Virus record (IMG/VR): IMGVR_UViG_3300036827_000021 | Location: 1-53,687 of that record | Source: a virus | Taxonomy: Duplodnaviria; Caudoviricetes | Length of the DNA stretch: 53,687 nt | Reading direction: 5' to 3' (one strand) | Part shown: one piece after another, positions 44,360 through 51,374 of the stretch | Layout of the letters: each line of letters starts with the position of its first letter | Numbering within the stretch: the stretch's first letter is position 1 | Notes under the pieces: generated by a model | Seen by the model: only the letters and a program-made list of their open reading frames with translations | Told to the model about the DNA's origin: nothing | The model's database searches: none | Program-made: the position numbers and the translations under genes

Positions 44360-44557
44360 CCCAATCTCATGAACGTGGTTGCTATAGGGATGAGTACAAA
44401 TGCCGAGCTTAGTTTCGGCAAGCTCGGAGCAGAGCACAGAGTCGCTTCCCCTTGAAGTCACTCGACGCTCGGGCGAAAGTCCTGTACCTACTGCCTGCGA
44501 GGATAAGCTAGTCAAAATCCCGAGTCAGGCCAACCACCTTGAAACAGAAGGGCTATC

Positions 44558-46837
44558 GTGCCTAAGATTGACCTTCTCGACCCTAAAGTAGAGAACGCAC
44601 GAAAGATGTTCTTTCGTACGATCTATGGAAAGGAGACCGAGGGGTACGTCTGCCTATCATTCGTGACACCAGGACCTAGGCCAAGTAAGGGCGGATTCAA
44701 GGAAGAGTTCTTCCACTGGCCTACTGATGAAGCACTCATGCTCCGTGCCATAACTAGTAGGGTTATGACACACACAGTCTACTTCTGTCCGCACCTGTTC
44801 GATGAGAAGAAGCGACAGAAGGAAGCTGCGACTATAACCCCTAGTGCATGGGCCGACCTTGACTTCTTCAAGCCTGAGGACCTACTGGTCCAACCCACTG
44901 TAACGATCGAGAGTTCGCCACGTAGGTATCAGGCCCTGTGGTGCTTTTCGGAAAAGGTAGACCCGCAAGATGCACAGGATCTCAGTAAGCGCATTGCGTA
45001 CAAACACGCAGAAGAGGGCGCTGATAGAAGTGGCTGGGATCTAACGCAGCTCCTTCGAGTCCCATATACACTCAACTTCAAGTACGACAATGGGACTGGT
45101 CCTCCTGTTGTTACCATCGTGGAAGCAAACCCTAACAGACGCTATGAACTGACAGACTTCGACGAGTACCCACCCACCCCTGGTTACGTCAATATCGACA
45201 TACCTATGCCAGACATTCCCTATCTGGAAGGCGAAGCGCAACAGCTACTACAGAGCAATCGGCTTCGACAGAGCCCTACGATCTGGATCCTCTTCAACGA
45301 GGTACCGACATCTGAAAGCTGGTCAGAGCTACTGTGGAAGTTCATGCTCATGCTCTTCGAGGCAGGGTTTGATCGCGAACAGGTATTCAAGATTGCTCGC
45401 GATGCTGGCTGTAACAAGTACGCCAGAGACAACAGACCACAGGAGCAGTTGTGGAAAGAGGTATGCCGAGCTGAATACCGCTACGACCTGAATACCTCAC
45501 TACTTGTACCCAACCCTGAAGAGATGACGCGTCTCCTTTCCGAGGAGGAAATTGCCACAGTAGCTAATGCAGAGGACACTTTCGTCGAGAGGTACATCAA
45601 ATGGGCGAGTTCACTTGGAGATGCAGCGCCACAATACCATCAGGCTGGTGCATTCGTTGCGCTCAGTTCCTTGCTGGCGGGGAGTGTGCGCTTGCCGACT
45701 TCATACGGAACGGTGATCCCGAACATATGGTTTATGATCCTAGCAGACACAACGCTGACAAGAAAAACGACAGCGATGGACATAGCAATGGATCTAGTAA
45801 CCGAAGTCGACGACCAGGTAGTGATGGCAACGGACGGCTCGATCGAAGGGCTCTTGACTTCCCTGGCAACACGTCCGAACAGGCCCTCGGTTTTCCTCCG
45901 AGATGAATTCAGCGGTCTTATCAGCCAGATGGTCAAGAAGGACTACATGGCTGGTATGGCTGAACTCTTGACAAAGTTGTACGACGGCAAATTGCAGCGT
46001 AGGATCCTGCGAAAGGAAACAGTTGAAGTACGAGACCCAAGGCTCATCGTCTTCGGTGGCGGTATCAAGGACCGCGTATGTGGAGCTCTCGACATTGAAA
46101 TGGTCTCGTCAGGCTTCATGCCGCGTTTCGTATTCATTACTGCGGAATCCGACCTACAACGTGTCAGGCCCGTGGGGCCGCCGACCATTGCGTCGTTTGG
46201 ACAGCGGGAAGCCATCCAGGAGGAGCTAACTGACATTCATGCAATGCACAATAGGATCCAGAGCATGCAGATCAAGAACACTGCCGTGACACTTGAGCAA
46301 CCCCTTACCACGGATGCAGTCATGTCAGATGAAGCCTGGATCCGGTTCAATGAGCTTGAAGGCGTCCTACTCGAGAATGGGTTGAAGGCAGAGATGCCTT
46401 CGATCATGACACCTGTAGCTGACAGGCTTGCTAAGTCGATCCTCAAGGCTGCACTACTCATCTGTGCATCAAGGCAGAAGCCAGACGATAATGACACGAT
46501 CACTATCGAGCTGCTCGATATCCTTCGTGCGATCAAGTATGGCGAGCAGTGGTATGCGCATGCACTTGATGTAATGGAGAACGTAGGTAAGGGCACGGAA
46601 GAGAAGCGCATAGATACAATTGTGCAGAACATTCAACGGCATCCAGGTGGTCTGCCTCGTTCTATGCTCATGCAGAGCTATCACCTTACGGCTCGAGATG
46701 CAAACCACCTATTCGAGACACTCGAGCAGCGTGGCTTGATCAGACGTCAGCGTCAGGGTAAGACTGAAGTGATCTATCCAACCATCACCGTCATAAAGGA
46801 GACAGAGCGTAGTGAACTCAAACCCAGATCGGGGTAG
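44558..46837 (+). CDS. Primase-helicase: RepB'-type AEP primase plus DUF3987-like helicase domain
   Basis: AWADLD, TIESSPRRYQALW, GWDLTQLLRVPYTLNFKY; C-terminal TRKTTAM, DGSIEGL, RDEFSG and SGFMPRF. Confidence 0.85.
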   Translation: MPKIDLLDPKVENARKMFFRTIYGKETEGYVCLSFVTPGPRPSKGGFKEEFFHWPTDEALMLRAITSRVMTHTVYFCPHLFDEKKRQKEAATITPSAWADLDFFKPEDLLVQPTVTIESSPRRYQALWCFSEKVDPQDAQDLSKRIAYKHAEEGADRSGWDLTQLLRVPYTLNFKYDNGTGPPVVTIVEANPNRRYELTDFDEYPPTPGYVNIDIPMPDIPYLEGEAQQLLQSNRLRQSPTIWILFNEVPTSESWSELLWKFMLMLFEAGFDREQVFKIARDAGCNKYARDNRPQEQLWKEVCRAEYRYDLNTSLLVPNPEEMTRLLSEEEIATVANAEDTFVERYIKWASSLGDAAPQYHQAGAFVALSSLLAGSVRLPTSYGTVIPNIWFMILADTTLTRKTTAMDIAMDLVTEVDDQVVMATDGSIEGLLTSLATRPNRPSVFLRDEFSGLISQMVKKDYMAGMAELLTKLYDGKLQRRILRKETVEVRDPRLIVFGGGIKDRVCGALDIEMVSSGFMPRFVFITAESDLQRVRPVGPPTIASFGQREAIQEELTDIHAMHNRIQSMQIKNTAVTLEQPLTTDAVMSDEAWIRFNELEGVLLENGLKAEMPSIMTPVADRLAKSILKAALLICASRQKPDDNDTITIELLDILRAIKYGEQWYAHALDVMENVGKGTEEKRIDTIVQNIQRHPGGLPRSMLMQSYHLTARDANHLFETLEQRGLIRRQRQGKTEVIYPTITVIKETERSELKPRSG

Positions 46838-47585
46838 TGTCATAGCAGTTGTGAGTGGAGGTCTTGACAGCGTCACAATGCTGTTTGACCTTGTTGCTCA
46901 AGGTTATGACGTAAAGCATGTGGTGTCGTTCGATTACGGTCAACGGCACGTGCGAGAGCTCGAGTACGCCAAGAGTGCTGCATGGATGTGCTTCGGTGAC
47001 GATCATCACTCTGTCATCAAGATGTACGACACGGGTCTGATGAAGTTCCTGAACGCAAGTGGTTCTTCGCTTGTGTCGCGTGCTACTGACGTTCCTGAAG
47101 GTCACTATGCACAGGACAACATGAAGGCAACTGTAGTACCCAACCGCAACATGATGATGCTGAGCATTGCATGTAGCATTGCAGTGTCACTTGATGCCAA
47201 CTACATCGCAACGGCAGTGCATGCAGGTGACCACTTCATCTACCCAGACTGCCGACCCGAGTTCCTTGGCAAGCTGGAACAGGCAATGGTTCTGGGCAAT
47301 AAAGGCTTCGGTCACTTTCAAGGTATTCTGGCACCTTACATTCGTGAGAGCAAAGAGTACATTGCAGGACGTGCTCTTGACCTTGGAGTACCTCTCGATC
47401 AGACCTGGAGTTGCTACAAGGGTGAAGGTGCACACTGCGGACGTTGTGGTACATGCGTCGAGCGTCTAGAAGCAATCGACATGGCATGCAAGGTGCGTGG
47501 GTACGACGTGGCAACAAGGGACCACACTGTGTATGCAGACAGGGAATACTGGAAGCAAGCTGTCAAGGAGGCAAGCAATGCCTAA
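46812..47585 (+). CDS. queC: 7-cyano-7-deazaguanine synthase
   Basis: VSGGLDS, FDYGQRH, VPNRN, YPDCRPEF, TWSCY and CGRCGTCVER. Confidence 0.95.
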   Translation: MNSNPDRGSVIAVVSGGLDSVTMLFDLVAQGYDVKHVVSFDYGQRHVRELEYAKSAAWMCFGDDHHSVIKMYDTGLMKFLNASGSSLVSRATDVPEGHYAQDNMKATVVPNRNMMMLSIACSIAVSLDANYIATAVHAGDHFIYPDCRPEFLGKLEQAMVLGNKGFGHFQGILAPYIRESKEYIAGRALDLGVPLDQTWSCYKGEGAHCGRCGTCVERLEAIDMACKVRGYDVATRDHTVYADREYWKQAVKEASNA

Positions 47586-47748
47586 GAAATTAGTCGAACT
47601 GATCTACAAGCATGCGCACGAGTGCAGTGCCAACGAGGAGGTGTTCAGCGTCAGACCCATAGTGAATGGAACCATTTACTTCAAGCAGGTACCTGTCTGC
47701 ATGGAGACCAACATCGAACTCGAACTTGTCGACAAGAGGTACAGCTAA
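47578..47748 (+). CDS. Small hypothetical protein
   Basis: SD AAGGAGG; MPKKLVELIYKHAHEC..., coupled to queD. Confidence 0.5.
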   Translation: MPKKLVELIYKHAHECSANEEVFSVRPIVNGTIYFKQVPVCMETNIELELVDKRYS

Positions 47749-48107
47749 TGTACCAAATCACTAAGGAATTCAAGTTCAGTGCAGCACACCACCTGACCAA
47801 GGTGTACGAAGGTCACAAGTGTGCGCGCGTACATGGGCACAACTACACAGTCATCGTCATGCTCGAAGCTGAGCAGCTGAACGAGCAAGGTTTCGTAGAG
47901 GACTACGGAGATCTGCGCGACATCAAGGAATGGATCGACAGTACGTTTGATCATCGTGATCTGAACGACATTCTGTTGGTCGAGCCAACTGCAGAGAACC
48001 TTGCTCGACACATCTACGACGCGTTCAAGTTTGCGCACCCCCTGATGACCGTAGTCAAGGTGAAGGAGACTGATGGCACCTCTGCAAGCTACTACGAGAA
48101 CCTCTAA
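47748..48107 (+). CDS. queD: 6-carboxy-5,6,7,8-tetrahydropterin synthase
   Basis: FSAAHHL, CARVHGHNY, FDHRDLN, PTAENLA and VKET. Confidence 0.95.
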   Translation: MYQITKEFKFSAAHHLTKVYEGHKCARVHGHNYTVIVMLEAEQLNEQGFVEDYGDLRDIKEWIDSTFDHRDLNDILLVEPTAENLARHIYDAFKFAHPLMTVVKVKETDGTSASYYENL

Positions 48108-48399
48108 CTTCCACGCCAACTACAAAGGCAAGCTCGACGATGCGACTGGGCATGTAACGGGTCCAAACACCTACAGGATGTTCCTGACAGTCGTCGAGCA
48201 AGTGTATGACCCTGATACCAACACAACCAGACTAGGCTTCGTGCCTACCACACCAGAAGACATGGGGATGTCAAATGACCAGTCAGACACCGATCACGCT
48301 CGACCCCTCCGACCCGTTCGAGCGAGTGGTCATCGAGGCCGTCGCAATGAATCGCGCAAAGGCGGCGGACTACGCAGGAGTGGTAACGGGAGACGGTAA
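48073..48399 (+). CDS. Hypothetical protein overlapping both neighbours
   Basis: Strong SD GAAGGAG. The first ~66 aa look globular; the tail overlaps 48275-48652 in another frame. Confidence 0.45.
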   Translation: MAPLQATTRTSNFHANYKGKLDDATGHVTGPNTYRMFLTVVEQVYDPDTNTTRLGFVPTTPEDMGMSNDQSDTDHARPLRPVRASGHRGRRNESRKGGGLRRSGNGRR

Positions 48400-48652
48400 G
48401 TGGCAGAACTTCTATGACACTGCCTACCAGATGAGTCAGACACCAGGTCACTCGGTCGAACAGCTGATCGCTACCAAGCAGGCACGTCTGCGAGTGCTAC
48501 TGCCTCGACTGTTCAAGAAGGTTGGCAAGCCGAAGAACGAGTCGGTGCGCGACACACTACTTGACCGTTGTGTGTATTCGACAATCGCAGTGGCATTGTT
48601 CGACGAAGGCTCGTACGATGAAGGTTGGAGCGACGGCCTTGCGACTCTCTGA
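48275..48652 (+). CDS. Nmad1/DUF1599-like all-alpha NTP pyrophosphatase-fold protein
   Basis: KAADYAG....WQNF...KQARL...KNESVRDTLLDRCVYS. Confidence 0.65.
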   Translation: MTSQTPITLDPSDPFERVVIEAVAMNRAKAADYAGVVTGDGKWQNFYDTAYQMSQTPGHSVEQLIATKQARLRVLLPRLFKKVGKPKNESVRDTLLDRCVYSTIAVALFDEGSYDEGWSDGLATL

Positions 48653-49334
48653 AATCTACCTGTCCGTTCAAGGAGAGGGTCCACGTGTCGGCAAGCCAAC
48701 TGTTTTTGTACGCTTCGGTGGTTGCAATCTTCGTTGTCCTGGTTGGCCTTGCGACACTCCTCACGCTATTGACGCTGAAACATATCGTCATGAGTGGCAG
48801 AAGAAGACCCCGGAAGAGGTAGTCGAGAACATCCACCAGGCGCAAGGTGCTCATGAGTCCACCAATGTCTGCTTCACAGGTGGCGAACCCTTCCTGCAGC
48901 CAGATGCAGAGATGGATGAGCTGATCAACATCCTGCTACAGGATGAACGTGTCTTCATGACTGAGGCGTTCACCAACGGTACAATCATGTGGACAGCGTT
49001 AGCCACAGACACCGTTGCAATGGTGATGGACTGGAAGCTGCCTGGTAGTGGTGAAGTGTCCAACAATGCCAACCGAACTGAGAACTTCCTTGGCATGACT
49101 TGGGGTGACTCAGTCAAGTTCACCATCAAGGACAAGACCGACTACGAGACAGCTAGGCGAATCTACGACATTTGGAAGGATAAGAACGAGAAGGTCGAGT
49201 GGTTCTTCGGTGCAGTGTGGGACACTGTCGACTACGACGAGCTCATCAACTGGGTGCTCGAAGACGGACTGCCTTGGCGATTCAACATGCAGGTCCACAA
49301 TCATGTGTGGGACCGAACACAAAGGGGCATCTAG
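48618..49334 (+). CDS. queE: 7-carboxy-7-deazaguanine synthase (radical SAM)
   Basis: SEIYLSVQGEG...VFVRFGGCNLRCPGWPCDT, FTGGEPFLQ, TNGT and QVHNHVW. Confidence 0.92.
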   Translation: MKVGATALRLSEIYLSVQGEGPRVGKPTVFVRFGGCNLRCPGWPCDTPHAIDAETYRHEWQKKTPEEVVENIHQAQGAHESTNVCFTGGEPFLQPDAEMDELINILLQDERVFMTEAFTNGTIMWTALATDTVAMVMDWKLPGSGEVSNNANRTENFLGMTWGDSVKFTIKDKTDYETARRIYDIWKDKNEKVEWFFGAVWDTVDYDELINWVLEDGLPWRFNMQVHNHVWDRTQRGI

Positions 49335-49888
49335 TGACAGCTAGTCAAGAGTACTATGCGCAGGAGCTTCTTTCCTCTCTGGAAGCTTGGCATCGCACCT
49401 CAAAAGACCACACGCAGGGGACTGCTGCACGATTTGTGAAAGCCTTGGAGGAGATGACAACTCGTGGTGACTTCACCTTCACTACATTTACGGCTTCTGA
49501 CCAGAACATGGTCGTTATGCATCCGATTCCGTTCTACTCACTATGTGCACATCACGTTCTACCGTTCCACGGTGTGGCATCCGTCGGATACGTACCGCGA
49601 AGCAAGATCGCAGGGCTCAGCAAGCTGGCTCGCACCGTTCAGGAGCTCGCTAAGGGCTTCCACGTCCAAGAAGCACTTACCACTGAAATCTCGTCCTACC
49701 TCGACCATGAACTTGAGCCTCTCGGTGTTGCAGTTAGACTCAGGGCCTCGCATATGTGCATGGAGCTACGAGGAGCGCGAGTCTCCGGTGCGCTTACTAC
49801 TACAACCACAGTGACCGGGGTCTTTGCAGACCATACCCGAACAGCAAAGGCCGAATTCCTCGAAGCGATCAGGAGCACGAATGATTGA
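49334..49888 (+). CDS. folE: GTP cyclohydrolase I
   Basis: FYSLCAHHVLPFHG, GLSKLAR, QEALT, HMCMELRG and KAEFL. Confidence 0.92.
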   Translation: MTASQEYYAQELLSSLEAWHRTSKDHTQGTAARFVKALEEMTTRGDFTFTTFTASDQNMVVMHPIPFYSLCAHHVLPFHGVASVGYVPRSKIAGLSKLARTVQELAKGFHVQEALTTEISSYLDHELEPLGVAVRLRASHMCMELRGARVSGALTTTTTVTGVFADHTRTAKAEFLEAIRSTND

Positions 49889-50276
49889 CATACAAGGATC
49901 AGAACCTACACTGGGGCAGCTTGCCAAGCAATCTCTACTCGACTCAGAGAAGTGGTTCGACGACCTCGAGAACGACTGCATCTACAGCATCCCATATACA
50001 GTGCTGGCACTGTGCGGCGAGGCTGGTGAGCTTGCCAACATCATCAAGAAGATCGAACGCGGATCGCTGAGCTGGAAGGACTCTGGTACAAAGTACGATG
50101 CAGTAATGGAGAGCATCGACATCTTCGTGTACCTACTCAACTTCTGGGCACTTGCCAACGTCGACCCGTACAAGCTGCATCAGACAAAGCGTGCGATCAA
50201 CGACAAGCGCTTCATGGCTGAGCGTGCAGTGCGTGAAGCGAGGCGAGAGGCGGCAAATGACAACCCCTTCGAGTGA
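49881..50276 (+). CDS. MazG-like nucleotide pyrophosphohydrolase
   Basis: LALCGEAGELANIIKKIERG...ESIDIFVYL...KRAINDKRF. Confidence 0.85.
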   Translation: MIDIQGSEPTLGQLAKQSLLDSEKWFDDLENDCIYSIPYTVLALCGEAGELANIIKKIERGSLSWKDSGTKYDAVMESIDIFVYLLNFWALANVDPYKLHQTKRAINDKRFMAERAVREARREAANDNPFE

Positions 50277-50613
50277 ACAAGAAGTACAAGACATGACACA
50301 GTTGATCGAGGAGGCCAGCAGATCCTTTGACCAGCTGTGTCAGCAACGCCACGAGCATGGCCAGAAAGAGTATGGTGTCTTTACCTTCTTGGAAAACGAC
50401 GTCATACGGATGCTTGCGGAGGAACTCGCTGACACAGCCAACTACTGCCGTATGCAGTTCATCAAGCTGTTGCTCCTGCAAAAGATGCTAGAGGAGGAGT
50501 TGTCGGAAAAGTTAGATACTCCCTCTAGACTTTCCAAGCAAGGTCAGGATATAATTAGTTCAATAGGCAGTTTCAGAGGAACGGGGGAGCACGGATGGAC
50601 GTCGCACTCATAG
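50257..50613 (+). CDS. Third all-alpha NTP-pyrophosphatase-like protein
   Basis: RHEHGQKEYG......D...MLAEELADTANY (EExxD metal motif). Confidence 0.6.
   Translation: MTTPSSEQEVQDMTQLIEEASRSFDQLCQQRHEHGQKEYGVFTFLENDVIRMLAEELADTANYCRMQFIKLLLLQKMLEEELSEKLDTPSRLSKQGQDIISSIGSFRGTGEHGWTSHS
50526..50555 (+). promoter_or_regulatory. Internal promoter upstream of the dpdA-like and polymerase genes
   Basis: TAGACT-TTCCAAGC-AAGGTC-AGGA-TATAAT. Confidence 0.65.
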
Positions 50614-51374
50614 CACCACTGGAGCTACTGGATATGCAAGACCGTGGTGAGATGCAACTCATGTTGCCACACATCCTGCACCCTGAATACGTGAAGCACT
50701 ACCGAGACAGGAAGCAGGGTGGTCTGTTTACCATTCTGGACAATGGTGCCGCCGAAGCTGTGAAGCCTACCGGACAAGAACTGCTTCGAGCAGCAGAGCT
50801 TTACAAGGTCAACGAACTCTGCATCTTCGATGTCCTCGGACGAGGATGGGAGACAGTACAAGAAGCCAACTACTTCTTCCAGTACTTCAGGAACAGAGCT
50901 ATCGACCTACATGCAGCGGGTGTGGCCTTTGGGTTCGTTGCACAAGGCTCTGACCTACACATTGCACAGCTTGCTGTTGACACAGTGATGTTGGCTCCCT
51001 ACGCACACATGATCAAGACTGTGTACCTTCCTCGACTGCTCCTCGATCATGGTGACTTGTACGCACGTGTGAAACTGGCTACTGTCATTCACAAGGCCTA
51101 TCCACATCTGAACATTCACCTGTTCGGTACGAATCGAAAGTGGATTCGTGAGGTGTATGCTGCCTCTCAGGAGTGCCCTTTCATTCGAAGCGTCGACACT
51201 TCCCTGCCGTTCGTAGCAGCTCAAGCAAACGTGCAACTGCACACTCGATTGCCACTTGTAGGCAATCGGCAACTTGACTTCTTCGAGCATGCCGTTTCAC
51301 GAGAGGAAAGGCTGCTGGCTACCTACAACGTCGATGTCTTCTTGAAGTGGGCACGTGGAGAGAGTTGTGACTGA
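50595..51374 (+). CDS. dpdA: Short TGT/DpdA-like guanine transglycosylase-fold protein
   Basis: ILDNGA.E, FDV, VAQG, IHLFG and RSVDTSLP resemble the TGT barrel motifs; lies in the Que cluster. Subfamily uncertain. Confidence 0.6.
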   Translation: MDVALIAPLELLDMQDRGEMQLMLPHILHPEYVKHYRDRKQGGLFTILDNGAAEAVKPTGQELLRAAELYKVNELCIFDVLGRGWETVQEANYFFQYFRNRAIDLHAAGVAFGFVAQGSDLHIAQLAVDTVMLAPYAHMIKTVYLPRLLLDHGDLYARVKLATVIHKAYPHLNIHLFGTNRKWIREVYAASQECPFIRSVDTSLPFVAAQANVQLHTRLPLVGNRQLDFFEHAVSREERLLATYNVDVFLKWARGESCD

